Below, in pieces: positions 51,401-64,000 of a stretch of 64,000 bases of DNA. Every line of letters starts with the position of its first letter. Position 1 is the first letter of the stretch. The notes beneath the pieces are model-generated. The model had not been told where the DNA came from, did not search any database, and worked only from the letters and a program-made list of their open reading frames with translations. The translations under genes and the position numbers were made by a program. Source of the DNA: the human T2T-CHM13v2.0 reference genome, Homo sapiens; assembly GCF_009914755.1 (NCBI RefSeq), contig NC_060930.1. One strand, 5' to 3'.

Positions 51401-52254
51401 TAGACCTGTAACTGCTGCTTCTACTCTGATTGACTATCCTGCCCGTTCAGTTCACTAGCTATCGTTTGTCCAGGCCCTAAATTCCCAAAATGTACAAGGA
51501 GGCAATACAGTTTCTTCTTCCTTTAGACCTGGCACTCCAAATTGACTCCCTTACTCATGGGACTAGTTGTTTATTCGTGAAAAGAAATTGCTCTTCAAAC
51601 CATCCTCTTCCTTTGGTTTTCACGCTCTGCAGTGAGGGCCAAAGCTAAATTCGCAAATGGCAAACCCACTTTTGGAGGGGCTCGACTGGTAATGCTGAAA
51701 ATTATTCAGACATTGGCTACTTAGGACAGTGGAACTGAACGGATATAAAAGGAGATCGACATGGATACAAGTGGAGTTAGGAAGTTTTGATTGGGTCAAA
51801 GCTTCACTTCATTTGATCAATATCTTGTATATTGTGTAATTGTTTTTGCTTCTGTGTGTGAACTAGAATATTTTGAATTAGTTACACTTCTTAGTTTACT
51901 ATTTAAACTATTAGACTTTTAGTTTATTTTAGTTAGCCACAGATAGATGGGACAAGAACTAGTTGATGCCTCTGATCCCAGTCAGAATTTAGGATGACAG
52001 ATTGATACTCACTGGGTTTATTTTAAAGAAAGCAAAACAAACTAAAAAACGGGTGGGGGGGGATTACAGGGATTTACTTTATACTAATTGCCAATATTTA
52101 ACCTTGATTTGTACTAAAAAATGTTTAATTTTGTGTGACTTAGATGTGATCACCTGGATTCTCCTCATTAGAATTCCTAGTGAAATGTAGTGGGTACCCT
52201 AATCAAATTTATCTGTGAAATCAGTTTTCTAGGGGGAAAGTGGGGAGGGTGGGG

Positions 52255-52539
52255 ACAAGGTCTGCTTCTATCGCCCAGCCTGGATAGTGCAGTGGCGATC
52301 TTGGCTCCCTGCAGCCTCCGCCTCCCAGGTTCAAGCCGTCCTGCCACCTCAGCTTCCCTAGTAGCTGGGACTAAAGGCATGCGCCACCACGCCCGGCTAA
52401 TTTTTGTATTTTTTGTTGAGACGGGGTTTCGCCATGTTGGCCAGGGCCAGACTGGTCTCGAACTCCTGGCCTCAAGCAATCTGCCCGCCTCGGCCTCCTA
52501 AAGTGCTGGGATTACAGACGTGAGTCACTGCACCTGGCC
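52255..52539 (-). mobile_element. Alu in FAM8A1 intron 1
   Basis: Antisense Alu; TSD tgtgaaatca; tail position is G-rich. Confidence 0.9.
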
Positions 52540-52789
52540 GTGTGAAATCAATTTTTAAACGTTAAGGTGATGAAAGCAAACTTTAAGCTCAGTAAATAGT
52601 GGATTCTCTGTTACTCTATTTTAGTAACATGGATTCTTGGTGGAATCAATATCAATAGTTGCTGCACGGTTATAAATATTTTTTAAGTTGTACCTTGACT
52701 TTCTTTAGCAATTCATTACATGGCTTGTGTTCCAAGGCTTATGTGAAATGATTCGTTTTTCCTAACTTTTTTTTTTTTTTAATTTACAG

Positions 52790-52910
52790 GCAGAGAATAT
52801 GTTATTCCATCCTTGGCCCACAGATTTATGGCAGAGATGGTGGATTTCTTTATTCTCTTCTTTATAAAAGCAACCATTGTCTTAAGCATTATGCACCTCA
52901 GTGGGATAAA
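52790..52910 (+). CDS. FAM8A1: FAM8A1 exon 2
   Basis: Acceptor tttacag|GC, donor AA|gtaagt; GREYVIPSLAHRFMAEMVDFFILFFIKATIVLSIMHLSGIK (start of RDD domain); 121 nt. Confidence 0.95.
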
Positions 52911-53782
52911 GTAAGTTGAGGACATTTGCAGAAGGGTTTTAATTTCTACTGTTTAATGATCTTGTTTTATTACATTCTGTTTGTCTACACGTGACTATAT
53001 GGATAATGGGCTTGTCAGTGTCATGATTTCTTTATAAGAGCTTTGTTAGATTTATTGTTTTCTTGTTGATTTTAAGAAATAACTAGAAAGGAAAAAAAAT
53101 AGCTTACTGAATTCTATAAGATGTGTGGGAATCTCACCTATCAAAAATAGGTAAAAAGAGCCTCCAAACCTGCTTTGATTTTATTCACCTATTCTTTTAG
53201 GCCAGGAACTAATTTACCTCTCACTATCCTGTTCCCTCTTGCTATCTTGTGGAGTCTCTAAAGACAAAGGTATAAAGAGCTTTTGGTAGGTGAATTAATA
53301 ATCAACTAGATGGCATTTCCAAATGGGATTGCACATACTGTGGGGCAAGTCCCAAGTGAACTTCAAAGTGAGACGTTTATTTGAGTAATCCTTCCAGATT
53401 AACAATAATCATAATAGCAGTTACCACTTCCTGAGTACTTTCTATATGCCATGTATTGAGCTTGCTCACTTCTTTATGTGGATTCTTATTTAATCTTAAT
53501 ACCAAGATGAGGTGTAGAGATTAATACCACCATTTTATAGAGTTTGAAATTTGGGTTTATGAAAAGTTGAGCACAGAACCTAAAATGTTACAAAGGTAGT
53601 AAGTGACAGAGTCAAGATACAAGCCTGTGCAGTCAAATTTCAGGGTCCTTGCCAGAAACCTGTTACTGTGATTCCTCCCTGTCCCTCCCTCTCACTCCAC
53701 TCCACATCCAGTGAAATACCAACTCCTTTATGTTCAATTTTCTGAATAGCTTTCAACCCCAGACCTCCTCACTGCCAGATCA

Positions 53783-54158
<376 letters not shown>

Positions 54159-55105
54159 TAGTGGTAACTCAGTCTCCTGTTTTATCTCAATCCAGTCTCT
54201 GATATAAAACCAAAGTGATCATAAATCCTGGTTCTGTTCCTTTCCTACCTTAAAACCCTTCAATGGTTTCTCTTTTTAAAATGTTTATTGTTTTTTTAGA
54301 GATGGGGTCTGTGTTGCCCAGGTTGCTTTCAAAATCCTAGGCTCAGGCGATCCTCCCACCTCAGCCTCCCAAAGTGCTGGGATTACATGCGTGAGCCACC
54401 ATGCTCAGCCCCTTCAATGGTTTCTCTTTACCAGCAGGATAAAGTCTGAATTTCATCATGTGGTTTATACTCAGGAGGCTGTCTCAACCTCCCAAGTAGG
54501 TGGGACTGCAGGTGCATACCACCACACCCTGCCTTTATTTCTTAATCACTGCCACCTCTCACATTTAGTATATGAGCCACACCAAACTGCTTACAGCTTC
54601 TATCATATTCTCTCTTTCTCCAAGACATTCTCTCCTGCTGTTCCCTCTTTCTGGAACGTTATTTCCTCTTCTTAGTCTGGCTAACTTCTCTTCATCCTTC
54701 AGAGCCTCATCTAACTGTCTTTTCTGGGAAACCTTCACAAGGTTAAGTGTATCTGGTGTATGTTTCCATAGTATCCTAGGTTCCCCATCACAGCACTCAT
54801 CCCACTTTATTATTGCTATTTATTTATTGTTCTGTTTTCTTTGCTAGGTTAGACCCTCCACGAAAGCAGGGACCGTGTAAATTCATTCACCCTTATTTCC
54901 CCCGTGCTAGTACAGTGTCTGCTCATGATAATGCTGCTTATTTGTTGAATAAACTAATGAATGCTTTATGATACTAGATGGTTGGGAATCTAAAGATTAG
55001 TTTAGAATTTCAATTAAAATGTATGACTTGCACTAATGAAAAAAAAGTCAGTGCTACTGTTCTGGTAACTAATTATTTATAACCCCAAACTATTATTTTG
55101 TGTAG

Positions 55106-55229
55106 GGATATCTCTAAGTTTGCTATGCATTATATAATAGAAGAAATAGATGAAGACACATCAATGGAAGACTTGCAGAAAATGATGGTTGTGGCACTTA
55201 TATACAGATTATTAGTTTGTTTCTATGAG
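55106..55229 (+). CDS. FAM8A1: FAM8A1 exon 3
   Basis: tgtag|G ... GAG|gtaagc; DISKFAMHYIIEEIDEDTSMEDLQKMMVVALIYRLLVCFYE; 124 nt. Confidence 0.95.
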
Positions 55230-55272
55230 GTAAGCTACTGACTTCAGCAAGAATTAATATTTAACAATCTAA

Positions 55273-55580
<308 letters not shown>

Positions 55581-56073
55581 ACAATCTAATTTTAGATTAT
55601 CAGCCCAAGACGAAAAAGTAATCGAAATTTATAATTATTCATGTCTTTTCCACATGTCTACTTTTCTGTTTTTTTTCCCAAATTTTAACTAATCATTAAG
55701 TAAAAACTTTTGGAAGAGAGACATTTTACAATTTCTTTGTAATATTTTTCAGTCTTAGAAACTCAAATAAAATTTCACTTATAGATTGTGGTCCAAAAAT
55801 ATACTTGTAAATTGCAATGTAGTTTTCTGCAGAAGCAGCTTACTAGAAGGTATAGTAGTCATAGAGAAATATTACAGGAGACAGACATCTTGTGGTATTG
55901 GACATGTTAGAGACCTACAGAAATGCATAAAGTTAAATGGTTAACTTTTGAGTATTCTATGCAATTCTTTCAACTTGAAAAATTTAAAACATGAAATAAT
56001 ATGGTGGGAAAAGTTTATCTTTAAAATTGGTATAGTTGAGCCAGTAATTTTTAAATCATCCTTCTTTCCTTAG

Positions 56074-56213
56074 ATAATTTGCATTTGGGGAGCAGGTGGA
56101 GCTACCCCAGGGAAGTTCCTGCTGGGGCTTCGAGTTGTGACATGTGATACATCAGTGCTTATTGCACCAAGTCGGGTTTTAGTGATTCCTTCCTCAAATG
56201 TTAGCATTACAAC
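56074..56213 (+). CDS. FAM8A1: FAM8A1 exon 4
   Basis: ccttag|ATA ... AC|gtaagt; IICIWGAGGATPGKFLLGLRVVTCDTSVLIAPSRVLVIPSSNVSITT (RDD GxTPGK..GLRVV motif); 140 nt. Confidence 0.95.
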
Positions 56214-56317
56214 GTAAGTCCTTTTCTTAGCTTAATCTACTACATACTTAATGAAAATAATGTGTTTTAGAATATTGGGGTTTTTTTCTTCATAGTAGAT
56301 AGGCTTATATTTATTAA

Positions 56318-56699
<382 letters not shown>

Positions 56700-57179
56700 T
56701 CAAGATGATCATTTTATGAATTATAAGTCACAATACGAGAGGATGATTTGGGTGTTGATGGTGTATTAGTGCTCCACAATCAGCTTTATTATTCTTTGGA
56801 CCTGTGGATGTTAGGTCAGGTACTAGTCTGCCTTGAGTCTCCATTTGGCCATGCCTGTCATTATTCCATCTTGAATAGGCAGCAGAGTTTTGACAGCTAT
56901 GCATTCGTGCATCCTTCTCCTGCTGTTAGGTGAGAGCTTGTAATACTGCCAGTATTCAAGGTTAGCTGTTGGCATCTAGCGCTGGGGGAAGGTACAACCA
57001 GTGATAATGGAAACTGTGGAGGTCAGTGGCTGGTAGTCAGTTGAGCCAAACAAGGTATTGGCTGCAATTTTTGCCAGAATGATTCAGAGCTGGATTGTTA
57101 CATCAAGAAATATAAACAAGTGATTCTAGAAACCTTGGTTTTGCCATCTTCAAATTTTTCTTAAAATTTGGTAGTTATA

Positions 57180-57830
<651 letters not shown>

Positions 57831-58373
57831 TTCTGCAGCCCTTCAGTGCACTAAAAGGCAGAAATCTAACATAAGTAGGATAATTCTCCATCCTGAGTGA
57901 TTGTTGAAAGCTTTTAAAAGCTTTGCTTAATCACTGGATCCCACAAAGGAAAATGCTGATTAAAGAACACACAGTACTTTAAAATGCATGTTTTTTCTAT
58001 AAGGTAGACAAATGGGACTACAGTAAGCATACTCAGAAAGTACTCAGAATTAATGTTCATTTCTTCTGAGAAAATACTAGAAAGCTCTGTAAACCATTAA
58101 TTCAATATTCTGAGACATGTTTATTACTGCTTTTTATGTTGTTGAAGTCTTATTAGAAATAGCCCAGGTGGTTTGATCATGATACAGTGCTACTTGAAAA
58201 TATATCAAAGGTAAAAATTCTCTCAACTATACCTTGAATGTCTTTTTCCCTGTAGACTTCTGTAGAGAAGTACAATTGTGTTTTAAATGTCTATTTTGAA
58301 CTTGATGGGATACCATTAATCTATATGTGGTTTGATGTGTAACTTACCTGATATTTTTGTTTTAACTTTTTAG

Positions 58374-58518
58374 GTCCACTATCCGAGCTTTGATCAAGAA
58401 TTTTTCAATTGCTTCTTTTTTCCCTGCTTTCATCACACTGCTGTTTTTTCAGCATAATCGAACAGCTTATGACATTGTAGCAGGAACCATTGTGGTAAAA
58501 AGAAATGGGGTCAGATGA
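58374..58518 (+). CDS. FAM8A1: FAM8A1 exon 5 (coding part)
   Basis: tttttag|G; STIRALIKNFSIASFFPAFITLLFFQHNRTAYDIVAGTIVVKRNGVR*; the five exons sum to 1242 nt = 413 aa plus stop. Confidence 0.95.
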
Positions 58519-61500
58519 TGCCCCCCAAAACCCTGATTTCCACACACTAAGACTAAATTATGTATCAAGGCCATCAGTATCCCTGGGTTACACTAATTGA
58601 TGATTTAGAAATTAAAGCAGTCACTCCAGTGTGATGCAGGTGACTACTCTGAAAGTATTGATTATACTTGAATGCCAAAGAACTTGTCCAGAAGAAAAAC
58701 CTGTTAAATTCAAGTATTAAAATTTTTAGATCAAAAAGGCAAATGATTTTATAAACAATGGACAATATATACTTTCTTAAGATCTAAGGTACTTTCTTAA
58801 GATCTAAGAATTTGCTGAAAGCATTTTCAGCTTTGAAATCTCCAAATGAAACTTTAAAATTTATTTTGGTTTATCCCAAAATAATGGAAAATGTCCAGTT
58901 GTGTTTTGTAAACACCTATGTAACTCATCTTTTAGTTTACACTTCCTGGGGAAATTGTCTTTGGTGTTTAGAGGAGGGAATGAGAACACAAATTGGATAA
59001 TCCACTGTCTCCCATCCCAGGAGGTGGTGAGTTGGCTACAAGAGAAAGGGACAAGTGAGGCAGGCCTAGCAGTTCCCTTACCTGAAGTTTTCAAATCCAT
59101 ACTGCAGTTCCCTCTCGTAATGATGTAACTTTACAACTATTCTTAATGCTTGAACATGTATTTAGGGGCAAGTTTCTCATGATGATGAAAAAGTATCAAG
59201 TCATATTGCTATGTTAATTGGTTTTTTTTTTTAAAAGGTAAGTTAGTGATTACTGTTAATGGTGGGGGAGTAAGTTTTCACTGTAAATTGAACTTATAAT
59301 TTATGTGCAAGTGTTTTCAGTGCCCTGAATCAAACTATAAATGTGGGGAGAAATCACCTCCATCAAACAGTTGCATATTTACTGTAAAAGTATTCCCAGT
59401 ATGTGTGCAGCATGAAGAAAGTATTAGTGCTTCTCAGTGTTCTCAGTGTAAATTCTATTTATATACAGCATATTCACATACTACTTTCCTTATATTTTAT
59501 ATAGTTCTATGACTGTTGAAACATCAAGGAGTTAAAAAAATCTTAATATTTCATGATTAACTCTAAGTACTATTAATTAATAGCTTGCGAAATATTAGCA
59601 ATTTTCCCATTATGGACTATTCTCTCTAAAGCAAGAGAGACTAGCATTCCCAGACATCATTCTAGGGTCTTTAAGCTCATTTTGGGTCTGCTAAAGTTTG
59701 GGGGGAAATGTTACGCAAAGTGATACTGTGTATGTTGCCATTTTGCTTTATTCTTCTGTTGAAGCAAAATTGTGGGGTTTTATTATGTGTGTGTGCTTTT
59801 CCTAGATGTCCCAGTTAGCTGTGCTGAGATATACCTGTACTATTTATGGTTTAAGTTTTGATTCTTAGGTATTTTCTCCAGCTCTGACATTGTTTTCCAA
59901 AGACACACTAAACTGCATTGCACAGTTCAAAATTTGATTACTTAAGGGATCAATCTAGGTGGTGTTCTTGGTCTTAAATTTAACAGCAAACACAGCACAT
60001 ATCTATTATCACTATATTAATTTTCAAAGGTTTTTCTTTGACGTTTAAAACTGTGACAACAGATATTCACATTTGATTATAGAAACTTAATGTCTATTAA
60101 TAATTTTAGTACAAAATTTCATAAACCGTGTTTTTCAAAATAAGTTTATGTCAAATCCAGCTTCCCAGAAACACTAATAATTAAGTACATCAATGTACTA
60201 AATAAATCATTCAGTTGCACCCATGGGGAAGATTGTGTTACTGCCCTTCACAGTGAAAAAAAGAAAAATCTTTCATTTTTAAAATTAGGAGATGTTACGT
60301 AACTTGGCACTTTAGTAGTGTATACACTAGCATTAGTTTATACACCACTTTTGCCGCTGGGGAATTCAAGTTGAAATGTCCCTCAATCATATAGGTCTGG
60401 AATACATCTTTCATTCATAATTTCTGCTCAGATAATTGAATAGTTTGCCATCGAGATTATTTTCATTTATACTATAAAACAAAAGCAAACTAGTCCAGTT
60501 TAATTTTTTGTACTTAGAATATTGCACATTTTCTATATATGAGTTATTCAGATTAGTATCTATGTAGGTTCAGTCAGATCCAACCATGGATTCGAGGTAT
60601 TATACTGTATAACCCTACAAAATACATAGAAGTATTATTTGCCTTCATAATAGAACCCAAGAGTCTGTTTCAATTTATGAATTCAGTATTTGCACCGAGA
60701 TTTTGATTCCCAAAGTTTGGAAAAAAATGACAAAACAACGAGGGAAGAAGGAACCAGACCTTAGTGCCACATATTTTTCTCTTGGGGTTGTAAGGTAGTC
60801 TCCTGCTTTCCAGAACACTTTATTATATTTCACTTATAGACCTGATTTTCTGTGTCAAAGTATAATTCTCATGCTGAAGCTGTAGCCTAAAAAGCCAAAA
60901 GAAAGTTGTCTTCATTGTACAAACATATTCATCACTTTAACAATAAGGGAACAAAATTTAGTATTCAAGCTGAGTGAGAATACTGTTTCAATGAGCATGT
61001 CCCTAAGATAAACCAGAATTGGCAGTTAATTTAGGCATCTAGAAAATCTCAGTTCCCACCAGTAAAATTATCCTGAGTAGCTAATGCACCTTGAGAAAAA
61101 TCTGGCATACTGAATAAATAACATTAACTTGGGAGCCAAGAGCTGGGTAAGCCTTACCTTTAGACTACTCTGTGACTACAGAAATAAAGCCAGCACTTTT
61201 GGAACTAATAAGCCTTCACTTGTCAGTATCATAAAGAGTACTGCCCAACTGAACTTTGCTCCCACTGGTTTAATAGTTACTTATTTCTGCCTAAGCACTC
61301 ACCTTCCGATTTTACCCAAGTATATATATAGGATAGAAAAAAATGCATTATATTTGAGAGCTACTTCGCCCAAATTACAAAATGAGTGTTTTTAGATTCA
61401 AGTGACAGTAAAAGGATTTGTTCCCTTCAGTGACTTGAGTGTTTTAGTTATGCATAAGTATTTCTAGCAAAGGAAGGGTAGAAAGGAATTGAAAATTAAT

Positions 61501-61897
61501 TTACACTAGTTGCTACTTGGGAATAAAGGGCTTTTTGAGGGGGGTATGGATATTAAATGTTTTCGTTATATACTTATCCCTATTAAAACAGGCAGTTGTT
61601 TCTTTGAATATGCCTAAATAACAGTATTCTTAAAATCTGACAGACAAGTAACATGTCAATTACTTGATATTCCTTGTCTCCAGTACCACAGGCCACTCTT
61701 GACATCCCATGTTTGCCTGGATAAAGTTCCTCATTTCAAACAGTATACATACTTCTTTGCAGTTCATTATAGTAAGGCTTAACCTGTAAACAGTATCTGA
61801 TGGCCCACCTATAAATAAAATTCAGCATTCTATTTTTAATAATTTGTATGCCACCAATTTGTATTATTTGTCTCAATAAATACTTAGTCATCAATGC
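58519..61897 (+). other. FAM8A1: FAM8A1 3' UTR (end approximate)
   Basis: About 3.4 kb AT-rich, Alu-free stretch ending after AATAAA at 61814-61819 and 61875-61880. Confidence 0.75.
61875..61880 (+). terminator. FAM8A1: FAM8A1 poly(A) signal
   Basis: AATAAA followed ~20 nt later by T/GT-rich sequence (tgtattttgtctatttcttt). Confidence 0.7.
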
Positions 61898-63123
61898 ATC
61901 TGTATTTTGTCTATTTCTTTGAGACAGTTTGCTCTAGAATCTGCTTAGGGAGACCTTGCCTCCAAATACAGGTTTTCCAGTGGGTTTAGCAGTAAACTAG
62001 AATGCTTTCAGAAATAGAGATCTATGAAAAAAGAATCGCCCATCTTTAAGGATATATTCTTTTAGCAGGCACACTCAGAAGTTACCTGTACATGAATTAA
62101 GCTTACTATTAAACTAATCCAGTCCTTCAAGAGTTGTTAACCATCACAACCACCACACAAGTCTCATCTGGGCAATTTAAACCCAGTTCTGACCTTAAAA
62201 GCCTTTCCCATTCTAACAACTTTTATGAACAGGTCCAGAGAGAAGGCAGGAAGCAAAACAACGGGTTCCTCACTCAACAGGGGCAAAGATAATAAAGGAT
62301 AAACTAGACTGTAGCTAAAAGATGGTCCAAGTCCTGTAGACAATGTGCTGCTGTTATGAGCCTAGCCACAAACTTGTTTTAGAACTACAGTAGATTTTTG
62401 AGACAAGTTTACAAAGGTGCCCTATATTACAAAAGGAAGTCTCTGACCGACATGGTCATACAGCTGATGCGTGTAGCTAGACCTACTACCTCCATTTTCT
62501 CAATTTTACTAGACCAAATTTTTGTCAGTTTCCATTAAATGCACCGGCTAAAATAACCACTATAAAATTTCCATTGTATTTTACTTTTCCAAAGTAAAAT
62601 AATACTTTCCAATTGAAAAGTTCTTTCCAGGCTTAACCAGCATATGGCCTGGTTATATGTTGTTAAAATTAGTTCAATAACTAATTTCAAGTAATAAAAT
62701 AATAATTAGATAAACAAGTAATTTCAGAGGAGAATTTGTAACAAGTATTAATAGGCAGCTTAAAGACATTTTTCAGTGGTCTGAACCGTACCTTTTTCTC
62801 AATGCCCGGAATCGTAATTACTCAAAACCACCTAGCACTTTGCTTAAAGTGACACCCCCAAACCTCAGTGCATCAGTCTGCCAGGTGCTTATTTGATGAT
62901 GCAGACTTTTGGAACCTATCCAGTCCCAGTTTCTGGTGATGGGGGTCCTAGAACATATATTTGACATACCCTGCCAACTACTACTAACGGTACATTCAGT
63001 GAGAGCCACCAGTCCTCTCGTCAATCGACCAAATTATAAAAACACCTACTTAATTATTCAATTAAACTTTCTGAACATGACTTTCCTCCCTTAGAGATTC
63101 TTTTTCATTAAAAACAATTCCTG

Positions 63124-63352
63124 GCTGGGTTTGGTAGCTTACACCTGTAATTGCAGCATGTTAGAAGGCAAGAGGATCATACCAAGACCCTGTCTCTATA
63201 AAAAATAAAAATCTTAGCATGGTGGCACATACCTGTAGTCCCCAGCTACTCTGAAGGCTGAGGCAGGAAGATGGCTTGAGCTTAGGAGTTGAAGGCTGCA
63301 GTGAGCTATGACAGCACCACTGCATTCCAGCCTGGGTGACAGAGGGAGACCC
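63124..63352 (+). mobile_element. Old deleted AluJ
   Basis: Degenerate Alu arms. Confidence 0.8.
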
Positions 63353-63490
63353 TGGCAATCTATCTTCATTACTCATTGGCCCAGCATAAGAAGTATGGGC
63401 TTTTATTACTTTCTTTCCAACATTTGTTTCCCTGCCATCCATAAATATCCTCAATTTTCACTTGTGTATGCAGTATACAACCCAAAGCAA

Positions 63491-63710
63491 GGTTGGGCAT
63501 GTGGCTCACGCCTGTAATCCCAGCATTTTGGGAGGCCAAGGCAGGCGGATCACGAGGTCAGGAGGTCGAGACCAGCCTGGCCAACATGGCGAAACCCTCT
63601 GTCTACTAAAAATACAAAAACTGGCCAGGTGTGGTGGAGCACACCTGTAGTCCCAGCTACTCAGGAGGCTGAGGCAGGAGAATCGCTTGAACCCAAAAGG
63701 CGGAGGTTCC
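63491..63710 (+). mobile_element. 3'-truncated AluS
   Basis: Alu sequence stops at ggcggaggtt. Confidence 0.88.
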
Positions 63711-64000
63711 CAAGAAATAAAGTAGTCAGACTGAAAAAAGCCCCAAGTTCTGAGTGCAGTTCTATAGACTAATCAGGTTGGGGGCTAAAGATTCCATTTT
63801 TAACAAACAGATTAAGTATGGTTTTAGTGAGTTTTAAACAGTACTAAATAAAAGTAAACATCATTTCTTGCAATTTTTAGAGAAAAGCAGAACACTTCAG
63901 CGATAGGGGCCTAGAGAATGGCTAAGAACCTTCAAAGTAAGAATTAACTTCTCAGCAGTAAGACACAAATTCCCAGTTACCTCTTCCAGTATTCATCACA

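Noticed and set aside
53201-53285. Possible cryptic 85-nt exon in FAM8A1 intron 2 (ttcttttag / gtaggt)
   Set aside because: Splice-like signals only, weak donor, no coding similarity; cannot be supported without junction reads.
61900-64000. 3' end of the neighbouring gene NUP153
   Set aside because: Expected nearby from locus knowledge, but no exon or coding sequence is recognisable in this window.

Overview
Primate (human or great-ape-like) genomic DNA. It contains the last two exons and 3' UTR of CAP2 (+ strand, to ~7.9 kb) and a ~42 kb repeat-saturated intergenic region. It also contains the complete five-exon FAM8A1 gene (+ strand, CpG-island promoter, reconstructed CDS 1242 nt / 413 aa, ~3.4 kb 3' UTR). 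The CAP2-FAM8A1 order matches the known human 6p22.3 locus. The intergenic region holds a full two-LTR, non-coding MER4A1-type provirus (- strand, tRNA-Arg-like PBS) and solo LTRs (MER4B/D-, LTR1-, LTR10-, LTR12C-, MLT2- and MER39-like). It also holds a SUMO2 processed pseudogene whose 5' UTR is split by the LTR12C, DNA transposon relics (MER1B, Tigger4, Tigger3, MER5A), about 50 Alu copies or fragments across the window, and a ~780 bp purine/pyrimidine-alternating VNTR. Most interesting unexplained signals: (i) a 142-bp non-Alu insert inside an intronic AluJ of CAP2 with H/ACA-RNA-like architecture; (ii) three phase-compatible, splice-site-bounded exon-like segments on the - strand at 22.8-23.3 kb, possibly a decayed unannotated gene; (iii) an LTR12C-SUMO2P fusion with altered core signals and a C-to-T cluster; (iv) several templated inverted-insertion scars. 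Repeat family names come from recalled consensus sequences, and many repeat boundaries are approximate. No database searches were run.
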